This document shows positions 26,767 to 40,865 of a DNA stretch of 64,000 bases, piece after piece; the stretch's first letter is position 1, and each line of letters opens with the position of its first letter. Origin of the DNA: Eledone cirrhosa (taxonomy: Eukaryota); assembly GCA_964016885.1 (NCBI GenBank), contig OZ024741.1, positions 178,250,001-178,314,000 of the forward strand. Reading direction: 5' to 3'. The position numbers and the translations under genes are program-made. A model generated the notes under the pieces. It was given only the letters and a program-made list of their open reading frames with translations. It was not told the DNA's origin and searched no databases.

Positions 26767-26838
26767 CACGACACATGTTTCAATAAGAGATAGATCGAGT
26801 GTGAAGCCATGATCGATTATCACTGATCTCATCAGGTG
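26767..26838 (-). ncRNA. Candidate type I HHR with extended stem II
   Basis: Reverse complement: cac CTGATGA gatcagtgata...tatctcttatt GAAAcatgtGTC gtg. Confidence 0.55.
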
Positions 26839-27529
26839 AAAATGAATTGTCTTCTAATTATTGATATGAGGGAGAAAATAACGATGTTTCCTCACATAAT
26901 TCATTCCCTCATATGGAGACACACCAGCCAGTCAGAGACAAGGCAACTGCTATTAGCTTTAGTTGAGGTCATAAAAGTTTTCAGACTTCTATCTCTGCAA
27001 AAGACGCTGGACATCGAACAAATCCGTAGGGATACACTCAGTCACAGTTAGAAGTAAGTGGGTACACTCACACTCCACACCCGCATACATCGGCTCGAGA
27101 TCAAATAAAAATAAAAATAAATACATATATATACACTCATCAACACAGTATTAAACCCGCAGAATTAGCGTGGGTCGGTACACACACACTTTAACACACA
27201 CCGAAGCGAGATCCGAGAAAAAGCACATATAAGAATGTACCAACACAGTAATCACCGAAAGTTAGTTCGCAAAGCAACAGAAGTTATGTCGGTCAAATCT
27301 CAATTTGACGATGTAAATCGGAAATATTGGGTTAACCAACGCTACACACACACACACGTGCGCGCAAGTCAGTTCAGTTCAGTGTTCTGCTGTACGTGTA
27401 TAGATCCAATTGTAACATCCATATCTTCAAGTGTGTGTTATGGTAAATGGTATATTCACATCCGAATCATCCAAAAAATGGAGGGGGGGGGGGAGAAGTC
27501 CGGGTAAATACACATCCATGTGAAGAGCT

Positions 27530-27927
27530 CAATTTACACCGTCAAACTGATGGGTGTGCTTTTGGACAACATCAGCTTGTTTGCTACGGGCCACATATTT
27601 GCCATGCAGAGGTTTCTGCTCCCAATCTGATGCTAATTGTCCTTTCCCTTTTGCTTTTGCCAGTGATTTGATGTGCCTAGCAGCATCAGTTGCATCAGTT
27701 TCTTTAGTCTGTCCAGCCTGGATATCAAGCATGAGATCACTAGCATATTTGTTGCTCTCCTTCAAGATAGAATGAAGCTTCTTACTTCTCTCATGCGTTT
27801 CAACAAGTTTCAGCATACAGTCGTTAGTTGTTTCAAGGCCAGTCCAATGATGGTGATCTTGTAAGCAAGTTCAAATTGGATCAGGCCAAGGCCTCCCTGA
27901 GTTCTAGAAAGGTAAAGACGATCCACA
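27530..27927 (-). pseudogene. Fragment of a non-LTR retrotransposon, R4/Dong-like post-RT region
   Basis: VDRLYLSRTQGGLGLIQFELAYKITIIGL ... WEQKPLHGKY..ADV. Confidence 0.65.
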
Positions 27928-27961
27928 TTATTATTATTATTATTATTATTATTAGTATTAT

Positions 27962-30900
27962 TGGTCGTTGAATCGAAAGGACGTACTATCGTGAACTCGT
28001 AATTTTTTATTTTTTTTCTACGGTTTGAAATACGTTTGTCATTAATATTTTTGTTTCAAACGGGAAATAAGACTTTAATCTTTGCCCCCAAGAAAGGACT
28101 CTCCATAATATTTGGACCTTTTGGCCCAAATATTTAAACTTTGTGTGTTTAAAAGAAAGTTTTTATCGAAAAAAAAAAAAATATGGCGGAGCCACGCTCC
28201 CCAACTTTGAGTTTGCTGTCTTTCGTAAGCGAGTCATACTTAATGGCTAATAACGCTGCTCCTCCCGCAACAATTTTAAAATGTAAAAACACATCAGGCA
28301 ATATCGCCAACGCCAGCACCATCAACAGTGAGAACACTAATATAAACAAAAATGACAACAGCAGCAACAGCGACATTACCCAAAACAGTAAAAAAAAACC
28401 AGTCGTGAACAAGAACGGCAACAGCACCAGTAACAACGACAGGAAAACCAACTACTACTGCAATAATGACAACAACACCAACAACAAAAAGAACGACAAC
28501 AAAGACAACAATATCAACAACTGTGACAACCACAACATCAACAACAATAATAACAACAATAACAGCAGCAACAATATCAACGAAAACAATATCTAAATTA
28601 ACACCACTAACCAGAACATAAACAGCAACAGCACCAACAACAACGGCGGCACCAAATATATAACCAACTGCAACAGTGATAACAGCAACAACACCAAAAA
28701 GAACAACAACAACAACACCAACGACAACAACAAGAACACTTTCGCTGCGGCAGCAGCCAAGAAAAGGCTATGATTCATCATGGACTTGACAGACAAGGAA
28801 TCGAAGTTAGCCCAGGCATGGAAGCTCATCAAACTGGAGCAAACCTGGGCCAACTTAACTGTTCCAGCAGAGACCATAGAAGCGGTGGACAAGAGAACTC
28901 TGGTCTTCAGATGTATCTCAGCTGAGACGAAAAGAGCCACACACTCTCCCCAAGCAGACGTCAAGGCTGCGCTGAGGTGCATCAAAGGAGTTACAGAGTA
29001 CATAGCGAGGGGTCAACAATACAGCCTCATCTCGGTGTGTTTAAGTCGGAGGCCCTCGCTTTGAAGATACTTCTCTAGATGAAACCTGAAGAAATAAAGA
29101 AAATCCCGGAGCAGATCCACCTTCAAAACAGGACGGCTCTACAAGTGATAGCTGAGGGCAAAAGGCCGACTGTTTCGGCGAAAATACACACTTGCAAGCA
29201 TTCTGCCATCAGCTGTTGAAAAATTCAAGGGGTCAAAAGTTTCCGCTGCTGCCGACGCCGGGGCCTCATTGCGAAATAAAAACACCAACAACAAAATCTG
29301 CAGCAACAACACCAGCGGAACCAACAACTGCAATGACAACCAAGACCACCCAGGGGCCACTCCAAAGAAGCTCTCCCGCCCCCTCCCTCTCGAACACACA
29401 CACCCATTGAAACTACACACACCCATACACGCACTTCCACTTACATCTGACACAAACACAGAAACCTCTTCATCACTAAGCGAAGGTGATGAGGACCACC
29501 AAAAGCCAAAAGAACAAAAAGAAAACACGAGAAATCTCACACACCAAAACAAACAGCAAACAAAAAAGACACTTTCGCACCCAACACAGACACACATACT
29601 ACAACACCCTCCCCCGAAAAAACACAACCGTCAACACAAACACCATCTCCACCAAGAACACTACCACTAAGACAAACAACTAAAAGAAAACACACTCAGC
29701 AACAACTTACAACCACAACAACACCTAACTTCGTGTTAGTGAGGAAATCGAACACAAAACTACTGAACCTCATAAAACGAAGTAAGGAAATAGAGAAAAG
29801 GGGGAGGCGTTTATCACCTGCACCTTCAAGGTGCCACAAACACTTTTGCTGGAGCGAATGGCACTAAGCAATTATAAAACAATTAGGGAGGGCTTCCCCA
29901 ACGACGTGGGAACACCCAGTGTGAAAGCCTCAAGTAGGCTTTTAAAGGGGTTCCCCAAAGAAACCCCACCAACTATGGAGGTTGAACCACCTGACCTTCA
30001 CAAGAGCCCGGGAGGTAAGTAAACCTTTCCTCTCTCAGGGCCATATTAAGAGTAGCCTGTTTAAATGTTCGAGGCCTGCGATCGTCCTGGAAGCAGGGTC
30101 ACCTGCTCAACGACCTCAGGTCTCTAGAAATGGATGTAATTGCCGTCAGGGAAAACCAGAATTTCCGACACGAGCGCACTAGCCCCTATTTTCGATGACT
30201 ATCAGATCTTCACATCTGTTAGTCGGCCGGGAGTGGGAGGTGGGGTGGCAGTGCTGTTTAGGAAAAGCCTGGATCTCGAGGTAAGGTCGATCTTCCGGGA
30301 CCCGTACGGTAAGTTGGTGGTCCTGGATGTGAACAATAGCAAAGGTGGTGCCTTTTGACGGGTGACCGTCTACCGGGTAATGACCGCCGGATTTCTTTAG
30401 ACGTCTGGAAGACTTTTAGGGTGCGTCTTGACCTTTACTGTTAGCGGGGGACTGGAACGGTATCTTAGACGCACGCTGGGACTGTGTGGGAGTATCCAAT
30501 AGGAGAGGGGGGGGGGCGTGCAACAGCCTCAAGTACCTGATTAGCCAGTTCCAACTGTCTGACAGGTACCAACTAGATTTCCCCAATGCGCCAGTGTGGA
30601 CCTCTTTAGGGACATCTATATCGTACTTAGATAGGTTTCTAATTAGATTAGTGGATAAGGATAGTAGAGGGTGTCCACAATTACATACAGTCGCCTATTC
30701 AGATCACAAGTTTGTGATCTTTATGTTCGACCTAGATAAAGCGCGTAGGTTAGGACCTGGTTGCTGGAAGCTGAATATGTCGTTTCCGATACGTAAGGCT
30801 TACAGAGACCGGGTCAACAATTTAGTTAAGAAAAGTTGTCAACAATAGATGAGGGGAGAGTCTCTCAAAAGAGAGATTAGAGTAATGTCGATAGGGTTTA

Positions 30901-33650
30901 GCAAAGAAGTAGCGTTAGAGAAAAATAGAAAGGAGCAGGAGATGGTAGATAAGTTAGACGAGGCTATTTGTAGTGGCATTGCAACTGACGTGCTAGCGGC
31001 GAGAATAGCGTTAGATCATTTCTTCAATGCGAAACACGAATGTTGCATTGTCAGAGCTAAGGCGCGTGCTCTGAGAGACGAGGAACCAAAACTGTTCGAT
31101 GGGCCCGCCTGTCAGAGGCGCAGCGTGGTAATAAAACCACAATTCGGTCTTTGACGGACCGAGACGGACACGTGCTGAGCGATTCCAAGCGGATATGTGA
31201 GGCCTTTCGCCAACACTTTGCTCCGTTGTTAGGGGGGGGGGGGGGGGCTGGTCAGAGACGGTGACGACTTCAGTCCCTACCTCGGTGGCTAGCCGCAAAT
31301 CTCGACGGCCGACGCTGAGCGCTGGGAAAGGCCGATTACTGCGGGATTCGGGATACCCTTATCGGCTGCATGAGGCGCAAGTCACCCGGTTTGAATGGTA
31401 TGGCCTACGAGCTTTGCGTAAATATGCCAGATTTGTTCTCCGATCTCCTCGAAACGCTCTACTGCAACTGGCATCAGAACGGGAGTATTCCTAGTTCTGT
31501 GAGCGGGGTGTAGTGACGCTGATAAGGAAAGACGAGAACAAGAGGGACACATTTGACAATTTCAGCCCCATAACTCTGCTCAACACAGAGTTTAAGATTT
31601 TGGCCAAGGTGTTAACGAAGAGGTTGGACCTTGTCGTCGAGGATTTGTTTGGGACGGCGCAAATTTACGCAATCCAGACCAGGTCCATACACGACAACCT
31701 CCACCTGATATGATATATCATAGAGAGGGTTGGGTGCAAACCTTGATTCAGTGGGACTCTGATCAATTTAGATCAATCGAAAGTATTCGATAGGGTCGAC
31801 CATCGGTACCTGGAGGCCTCGTCTTCAGAAGCTGGATCGATGCAATGCACAGCGGCATCTGCTCAGTGGTCAAAGTTAATGGCGACCTCTCGGAACTGTT
31901 CAGATCTCCCGATCGATCCGTCAAGGGTGCCATCTCTCCACACTTCTGTACGTATTCACTTTCGACCCTTTACTGCGGAAGCTCGAGCTGTTGCAGGGCA
32001 TCCCGCTCGAACCAGGACGCGGAAAGGCTGTTTTGGCTTATGCGGACGACATCACCGTGATGGTGTCAGGCACATCAGAAAGCGAGGTGGGCGGCAACTT
32101 ATTGGAGGAATACGAAAAGTCGGTAGGCTTGCAACTCGCCGCCTGGAGAGGCAAGACCATGCCGTCCAACAGCTTCGTTGGGCGCTGGATGGCCGGATCA
32201 ATAAAGTTGCTCGAGGTTTGGTTCGGGCCAGACATCCAGGTGGATAAGAATTGGGACGAGGTGACGGGCAGGGTAGCCAGTCTCACCCAGAAATGGGCTG
32301 CGAGGAAGCTATCACTGAAAGGTCGGGCGGAGGTGGCGAACGGATACATCGCGTCCATCATCTACTACCAACTGACCACCGTCCCTTGACCCCCCCCCCC
32401 CCACACACACTCGCACTCGCCAGCTTGGTACGGCCCCTCTTCAAAGTCATGTGGAGGGTTCAGGCTCCGTTCGAGAGGTGGTCCATCTGCTGCCAGCACC
32501 CTCTATGTGGATGGCTGGGCATGCCGTGGCTAATGATGCGTAGACACACGCTGTTGTAGCGGCATATCCAGATATTCTGCCTAAACGGTGAACAGGTGTG
32601 GTCGCCGTTTGTCAGACGGGCCTTTCCGCAGTTCGTCCTTTTGACTGAGCTGTAGTCCTGGGTCAAAAGAGACCGAGACTGGGTGACTGGCATCTGGAAT
32701 GTTGCCAGGAACTCACTGCCCTCTAACAGGCGGGAAATGCGGTCAGTCGAATTCCACTCTCGAGTTCTATAGAGGATTAGTGGTGGGAAAGTGCGACGAC
32801 ACACTCGGAGAGGCTCTGGGTGTCGACGAAGTCGAACTAACCAGTCTGTTCCGGAGGACTTTCGAGCCGGGGACGATGGATAATTTCCCAAAATCCCTCG
32901 CTTGGCAGTGCTACAGGAGGGCACTGCCGGTTCGAGATAAACTCTTAAGGCATGGAAGTGCTGTCAGACAGACCTTCCTGAGATACGTGCAGGGCGGCGA
33001 AACCGTTCTGTACGCACTCGTCTAGTGTCCGTGCATTACAGACTTGTGGAGTTATGTCGAACCTCTGTTGTGGCGTGTAGAACGGATGCGGCTATCGGCC
33101 GAGTCCATAGTGAAGATCGATCAGCCGCCTTCTTTTGGCCAGGAAGGGCAGACAATTTTCCACTGTCTGGTGGCAGTAGCGAAAGAGCTTGTATGGTGGA
33201 CCAGGTTGAAAGGACTGAAGACAGACACTTTTCTCTTCGGCCAACACCTCATCAACTTTTTCACGTTTCACTTGGAAAGGAAGGTGAGGGTGGAGAGAGT
33301 AGTTCTCGACCCCTCCACAGTACATTTGCTGAAAGGTGGGTGAATGTGGCGAGAATGGCCCGTGTGAGTGGGCCTACTCTGGTCATACGGCTGTAGGTGG
33401 GTCATTTTGAGGAGGAGAGGGGTGCCCTTCCAGGGTGCTCTCGAAGCGTCGGGTCGTTCAGGATTGGTGGGGTACCTGAGCGAACCCTGGGTGGTCATTC
33501 CCCCTATTGGGGAATTTTTCTTGTTGTATTTTTATTGTTACTTTGTTATTGTTATTCATATTGTTTACTCGATTTTTCTGTAAAACCCCACTGTCCCAAT
33601 CTTTTGTATTGTCCCCTATATGCCCTTGTGGCCAATAAATGAAATCATTA
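27962..33650 (+). mobile_element. Tx1/L1-clade LINE copy A (full-length, decayed)
   Basis: Asn-rich ORF1 remnants (28183-30020); ORF2 remnants GGGVAVLF, SYLDRF, SDHKFV, WKLN, PITLLNTEFKILAKVL, AYADDITV; 3' UTR ending aataaatgaaatcattatt. Confidence 0.88.
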
Positions 33651-33658
33651 TTGGCGTT

Positions 33659-33779
33659 TTCAAATCCCGCCGAGGTTAACTTTGCCTTTCATCCTTACGG
33701 GGTCGATAAAATAAAGTACCAGTAATGTACTGGGTAATTGCTCGTCTTGTGCCTAAAGTAGAAACAATTATTATTATTG
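33659..33779 (+). mobile_element. 5'-truncated SINE between Tx1 copies A and B
   Basis: ttcaaatcccgccgaggttaactttgcc...agtagaaacaattattatt. Confidence 0.85.
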
Positions 33780-36700
33780 AATGCCATGGTGGACGGAGGC
33801 TCGGCTCTGTAAGGTATAGTAATTTTAAACCGCTATAACAATTGTAAATTGTTTAAAACTTTAACCAAATTGTAGATAAAAACACCCTCCTCCTCGTGAG
33901 AGGGGTCTTTCTGTCCGTTATTTGGCCCTTCGGAGTTAAATATCCGCTTACTGGGGTTTTGTGCCCAATATTCATTTTAAACCAAAAAAACATGGCTACA
34001 AAAAAGAATTTTCACAAGTCACTCCCACTCATTCTGTCTTCTTCCTCAATCGTCACTACATAAGAGAGAAGATTGTCTCTCTCCCTCCCTTCTCTAAATG
34101 TGTCTCTCTCTTTCGCAAGCGACGCCCTTAAAGAAAAAGGAAATATATAGTTTCTGATAGCTTTCAGCAAGAGCACGTGCATTCAGTGGAATATTTCTCC
34201 ACGACGACGACAACGACGAAAAATGTGTGCGGTAAATACGGAAACCCATTTCATTCGTCTGACGTCATGAAGAATAGCAGTAGCAGCCGTAATAACAGCA
34301 CCAGCAGCAACAGTGACAAGGAAAACACTAGTAGCAGCCGCAACAGCATCAGCAGCAGCATACACAACAACAGCAACAACAGCAGCAGCAACAACAACAA
34401 CAACAACCACAGCAACAGCGGCGGCGGCAGTAGTCGTAGTACCTGCAGCAACAACAAAAGTAACAGCAGCTCTGACGACGACAATAACAACAACAAGAAA
34501 GAAAAACCAATCTCGTTTGCAGGTATCGCAAAGAACCTGGAAACCATCCTTATAACAAATGAGGAATTACAGGAAGCAAAGAAGATGGTGACGAAAACCG
34601 TACACCGAACAATCTGCAAGGCAGCCGAAACATTTTCGAAACCCAACAGCACTGTACGGTAACGTACCGTACAGTAAGCACAAAATCCCGTAGGGTTGAA
34701 AGAGCCACAGAGGCTCAAATACAAATTGGCTTTATGGTATGTGTGGCAGCGGAAAACGCATATTACCCGAGGCAAGAAATATGCCACCGTGGACGTGCTT
34801 TTTGCCACACCACAGGAGGCAAAGGCTCAATCCTTAGTAACACTAAGGAGCGAGGAAATGGTGTTGGTGCCCTCCTACTGCAGGCAAAAAAGGAGGGTCA
34901 AACCGCCCCCCCCCCCCCCCCGATGGCCACTTCTTGGCTGGCCGCGTCTGTCCTCGTCGGAATCGAGGACAAAACAACTGTACTGCCAGTACAGAAAAAA
35001 GTACGAGAAGATTGGGTCGGCACCTCCATTGAGATGTTAATCCAAACCAACCAGGAGTGCATCGAAGCTATCCCGTATGTGATAGACATCGATAACGGCA
35101 CTCAACTGCCCATAAGTGTTGAAGGCAAACGCCCGAAATGCTTTCGCTGTGGATCGAAGACTTACCACAGGGCCTTCTGCAATGAGAAGACCCTGAGAAA
35201 GGAGAAAACCCCCCTCCTTCCGAAATCGGCTCCACTGCTACCAGCAACAGGAAAGGCGGCAACCAGGAAGGATAGGTCTGTAGCACCCATACCCAAGCCA
35301 CGGAAATCAAGAACAGCAGCAGCAGTGGAAGTATTAACAACAACAACAGTAATACCAACTGCAGCTGCAACAGAGACTCCACTGCAAACATCAATAACAT
35401 GAACAAGTGAAAGAGTGGAGCTGGCACCCCTCCTCGACCTCACAGAATCGGACATGGAGTGTGAGGTGGGAGAGGGATGGTAAAAGGTCGCAAGAAGGCA
35501 CAAACGCAGAAGCAGCGCATCGTCGCCTTCGAAAAGGGAGGGAAGAAATGAAAAAAGGGTAAAGGCTACTGCAAAGAGACTTACAGCACCACCATCACCA
35601 CCGGCGGCAACCCCAACACAAACAACAACACATTCAACACCACCACCACAAGCACCAACATCGCAAACACAGCAACAAAACACACACACCCAGCAACAAC
35701 GACAAGAAAATAGCAGAACCACACCTCCCTCCCGGAAAAACAAATGCACAGCAATAAATACACACAACAAGAAACTAATGACTTACATAATTGAACACAA
35801 ACATTTCACAGCACGACTACATAATATCAGCACCAATCAAAACACCAACGAACAAAAGACTGGTAAGAATAGCACAGAAACAACACACAAACATCAAAAC
35901 GAAATTCCCCAACGCAGTTGGTGATTTCAGAGACCTAGGAGGGACACTCAACCGGAAAGTATATTCGGATATACTCACAGAAGTGCCGACGACCAACCGA
36001 AGGGACGATTCAATGACCCTTCACCAGACGATCAAGTGAAAAGGGATGGAGAAACCATCCTTCCTCTACGAGAAGTAAGGTAAGTTGTCTTTCGCATCTT
36101 TTCCCTTCCATTTCAACATGAGCTCACTCAGAATAGGCAGCATAAATGCGCGTGGCTTGGGGTCTATGGAAGCAGGGCCACCTGCTCAACGACCTCAGTC
36201 ACTAAACATAGATGTAGTGGCCATCAGCGAGACCAGAATCTCCTGAGGCACGGGCCTTCGCACCGATCTTCGGCGGCTACGATGTGTACGCATCTCCCAC
36301 CCGTTCTGGATCGGGGGGAGGAGTTGCTGTGCTTTTTCGGAGAGGTTTGGATCTCGCCATACGGGCCATCTTCCTGGACCCAGAAGGTAGGTTGGTGGTG
36401 CTGGACGTGACCAGAGGAGACGGGCAAGCTTTCAGGCTAGCCGCCGTCTATGCCCCGACAGGTGCAGCGCGGCCTGATTTCTTCCGGCGTCTGGAGACCT
36501 TTTTAGGAACGTCCCGCTCTTTAGTGTTAGTGGGCGACTGGAACGGGATCTTAGATGCAAACTGGGGCTGTGTGAGATTGGCGGATAGGGAGGAGTGTAC
36601 AAGAGCCTCACCAACCTGCTCAGGCGTTTTGACCTAGCTGACAGATACCGATTGGATTTCCCGAATGTGCCAATGTGGACTTGGACAAATCTTCGCGGGT

Positions 36701-38490
36701 CATCCAGATCATATCTAGATAGAGTATTTTGTAGGGAAATAGATAGGTCTAGCATAGGCTGTCCACAATTCAAGATAGCTACACGGACCACAAATTCGTG
36801 ATATGTGTGCTTGAATTAGATAGGCTTCATAGACGAGATCTCGGCTACTGGAAGCTAAACGCGTTCTTACCAGCGCGCAAGGCTTACAGAGACCGGATTA
36901 GCGAACTAGTTAAGCGGGCATTTACGGGGGCCAGTGTCAACAACAACTGGTGGTTTCTTCTGAAAAGAGCGATTAGAATAGAGTCCATTAGGTTTAGTAA
37001 GGGTTTAGCTATAGAGAAAAATAGAGCAGAGGGAGAACTAGTTAGAAAATTAGACGAAGCGCTTAGCAAAAGCATCGCGACCGACGTACTTGCGGCGAAA
37101 TTAGCCCTTGACCAATTCTTCAATGCAAAGCACGAAGGCTGCGTTGTCAGAGCTAGGGTGCGTGCTCTCAGACACGAGGGGACGAAAGCCGTTCAATGGG
37201 CTCTAGTGGCGGAGGCGTACGTGGCAACAAAGCCAGATCCTGTTTTTGGTGGACCACGACGGTGGCATGATACTCGATCCCGGGCAAATGTGTGAAGCGT
37301 TTCAGCGACACTTCGCACAGCTGTTCGGGGGAATGGGCGGGCCGGATCGAGGGATGGACTTTAGTGTCTACCTCGATGGACTGCCGCGGCTCTCGGCCAC
37401 TGAGGCGGAGTGTTGCGAAAATCTGATAACAGACGCTGAAGTACGGGAGGAAATGACTGGCTGCACAAGGGGTAAATCGCCTGGTTTGGATGGTCTGCCC
37501 TATGAACTTTACGTACAGATGCCAGACTTGTTCGGAGGCCTCTTGGCGGACGTCTACTGTAACTGGCAACAGAACGGGAGAATTCCCAGCTCTGTGAGAC
37601 GAGGAGCGGTGGCGCTGCTGACAAAGGATCCGAACAAGGGGGATAACATAGAAAATTTCAGGCCCATAACTCTGCTAAACACAGAGTTCAAGATTTTGGC
37701 CAAGGTGCTAGCAAAGAGTTTGGCGATTGTCGTCGGTGGTCTGGTGGGAGAGGCGCAGAAATGCGCCATTCCAGACAGATCCATCCACGACAACCTCCAC
37801 CTTATGCGATACATCGTAGAGAGGGTAGCAAGGGAACTGGCACGAGTGGGACCTTGATCAATTTAGATCAGTCGAAAGCTTTCGATAGGGTCGACCATCG
37901 TTACCTAGCGGCAGTCCTCAAGGAGGCTGGCTTTGGTCCCACTTCAGAGGCTGGATCGCTGCCATGCGCAGCGACATCTGCTCTGTGGTGAGAGTGAACG
38001 GTCACCTTTCGGAACCGTTCAACATCATGCGCTCGGTCCGCCAAGGATGTCCCCTCTCGTCCCTCTTGTACGTATTGACTCTCGAGCCATTACTGCACAA
38101 ACTGGAGACGTTGAGGGGAGTCCCGCGCGAATTAGGATAGAGAGAGAAGTGCTCTCTTCCCAGCATTTTGTTGAAAGGTAGGTGAATGAAGCAAGAATGG
38201 CCCGAGTGAATGGGCCTACTCTGAGTATGTGTCTGTAAATTAAAGGTGGAAAACTGGGAGAGGGCACTTGCCCTGGTGATCAGGGTCACTGTGGCAGGGT
38301 CAATGGGCTTTCTCCACAAATGTCCCTCGGAAGTCTCCCCCCTATTGGGGAATTTTTCATTGTTATTTTTGGTTACATCCTCTGTTTTTGTTTTTTACAG
38401 GCACAAATGCCCATTTGTACCGTCCTGTATTGTCCTGTACTGTCCTTAATGTCTATTTTATGTAAACCCTTGTGGTTAATAAAGAAAGTA
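33780..38490 (+). mobile_element. Tx1/L1-clade LINE copy B (ORF1 with zinc knuckle; ORF2 internally deleted after ~38135)
   Basis: KRPKCFRCGSKTYHRAFC; RLAAVYAPT..GDWN; GKSPGLDGLPYELY; NFRPITLLNTEFKILAKVLA; LDQSKAFDRVDH; VRQGCPLS, then a jump to the C-terminus and 3' UTR. Confidence 0.9.
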
Positions 38491-38540
38491 TTATTATTGA
38501 GATTATTATTATTATTATTATTGAAATTATTATTATTATT

Positions 38541-39812
38541 GGCAGTGCCACCGTCGTCCATGGCCCCGGCCCAACTCTCACCAAAATGGAACGCCTCCTC
38601 TTCCGCTTTTTGTGGAAAGGACGCGCTCCCATGGTCAGATGAACGATCTGCTGTCAACACCCGTTGCGTGGTAGATTTGGCATACGACGGCTGATGATGC
38701 GCAAACATGCAGGTGCTTCCTTGACGGTGAACAGGTGTGGTCGCCGTTCGCCAGGCACGTTTTCCCACAGCTCGTCTCCTTGACGGAGCTGCAGTCCTGG
38801 GTCAGGAAAAGACAGAGGGATAGCGCTTGGAAACTGGAATGTCTCCAGGCGCTCACTGCCCTCTGCCAGCTGGGCACCAGTATCGGTGGAACATCCACCT
38901 CGGCGTTCTCTATAGAGGACTAGTGGAGGGGAAGAGCGACGACGTTCTCGGAGATATCCTGGGCGTCGAAGAAGATCAGCTGTTTGCTCTCTCCCGGAGA
39001 AATTTTAGCACAGGGCCTATGGATAACTTCCAAAAATCCCTGGTCTGTCAGTTCTACTGGGGAACGTTTCCGGTTCGAGATAAGCTCTACAGGCACGGAA
39101 GTGCCGTCAACCGAGCCTGTCCGAGATGCGCGCGGAGCGACGAAACTGACTTGCTGACTTGTGGAGCTATGTCGAACAGTTGCTGTCATGTGTAGGACTG
39201 GTCCGGTTATCGACTGAGTCCATTGTACAAATGGTCTCATCGTCTTCCTTCGTAGAGGAAGGGCAGGCGGTTTTCATCTGCCTGGTGGCCATGGCGAAAG
39301 AGATTGTGTGGTGGACAAGGTTGAAAGGGTTAAAGACATACACTTCCCTCTTCGGCAATCCCTAATTAACTTTTTCAAGTTTCACTTGAAGAGGAAAATC
39401 AGGGTGGAGAGGCAAGTGCTGCCTTCTAGCAAGTTTGTTAAAAAGTGAGTGAATGTAGCGAGAATGGTCCGAGTGGACGGGGCCGCTCTGAATATACGCC
39501 TGTAGTTTGAGAAATGGAAAAAAATTGAGATAGGGCGCTTGCCCTGGTGGTCAGGGTGGACGTGGTCTTTTGCGTGGCTTTCGCCACGAGTAACCTTCAG
39601 AGGTTTCCCCCCTATTGGGGAATTTTTCATTGTTTGAATTTTCATTTTTATTGTTTATATATATATATGTTCCTATGTCATTTTTTTTCTTTTCTTATAT
39701 AAATAATAAAAATCATTACACGCACAAAACCCACATCGTACCGTCCTGTACCGTCCTGTGCTGTCTGTAATGTTTTTCTTGATGTTAGCCCTTGTGGCCA
39801 ATAAAGAAATCA
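38541..39812 (+). mobile_element. Tx1/L1-clade LINE copy C (5'-truncated)
   Basis: Homologous to 32380-33640; PVRDKLYRHG..RACPRCARSDET; ends ccaataaagaaatcattattatt. Confidence 0.88.
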
Positions 39813-39837
39813 TTATTATTATTATTATCCTTATTAT

Positions 39838-39882
<45 letters not shown>

Positions 39883-40587
39883 TGTATGTGTGCTTTAAAG
39901 GAAAGGGTGAGTGCATTCAATAGTGTGCATGTATGACTAGTGCAAGCCCTTTCTTAAATGGAATTGTATTAGCCATTGGCCACATACCAAAATCGCTATT
40001 ACAAGGAAACTGAAAAGACATGTCCCATGATAGACAAATTATACAAGATCCGAATAAATAAATAAAAATTAAATGTGAAACCCACTCGGGACTTAATCTA
40101 CATCTTCTGTTTTGCCAATGTCCCATTGCTCAAAGTAAGAAATATATTAAGTATGAATCTAGCACAACTTATCATGACTCGAGAATATCAATTAATAGTT
40201 CTTATTTTTACAATATAATTGAAATTCAATTTACACCTAAAACCTAAACAAGAAACATTCTATATTAATTATGTTCGCAATGTTTTCTTTCTGTAACAAA
40301 TTACTTGTGTATTTACCCAAAAGTATTTATTTAATTTTATTAGAAATAATTATCTCCCCGTGCTAAATATATTATTTTCCTATATTTATGATTTTCTTGT
40401 CGTTTCTAGATGTGAACTAAGATTTAATTTTGATACCACCCCTAGTAACCTCTTGGGTAATATATATTTTAATATCTCATTTCAAGAATTTTCGTTTAGA
40501 TTAAATTGTGTTTAATTTGATTTCGTTCTGTGAGCTACTACCTGAATTGTCTTTATAGCTGTTATATAGATAGTATATAGGTGAACG

Positions 40588-40865
40588 CACGTAGCCTCGT
40601 GGTCAGGGTGACTAGTTAACGATTGGGAGATTGTGAGTTCAATTACTAGCAGCGCAGCAAGACACTTCTTTCTCGTTGCTCCAGCTTTTCTCAGTTGATA
40701 AAACTTAGTTTTGCCTGTAATTCAAAACAATTCACCTTGTCACGCTCTGAATTACGCTGAATCTCCGTCACTACTCTGAGGGTCCAATTGTCTGGAGAAT
40801 GCTCAACCACTTTCACATTGACTTCACCAGCAGGAGGTCCTGTTGATCAAATGGAACACCCGACA
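40588..40865 (+). mobile_element. Decayed tRNA-headed SINE of a second family
   Basis: gtagcctcgtggtcagggtg (A-box-like)...gtgagttcaattact (B-box-like) followed by gcaagacact. Confidence 0.45.

Noticed and set aside
28183-29683. Asn/Thr-rich ORFs as host genes
   Set aside because: They are low-complexity, frameshifted parts of Tx1 ORF1
33780-33990. HDV-like ribozyme in the LINE 5' UTR
   Set aside because: Hairpins are present, but a nested double pseudoknot could not be built by eye
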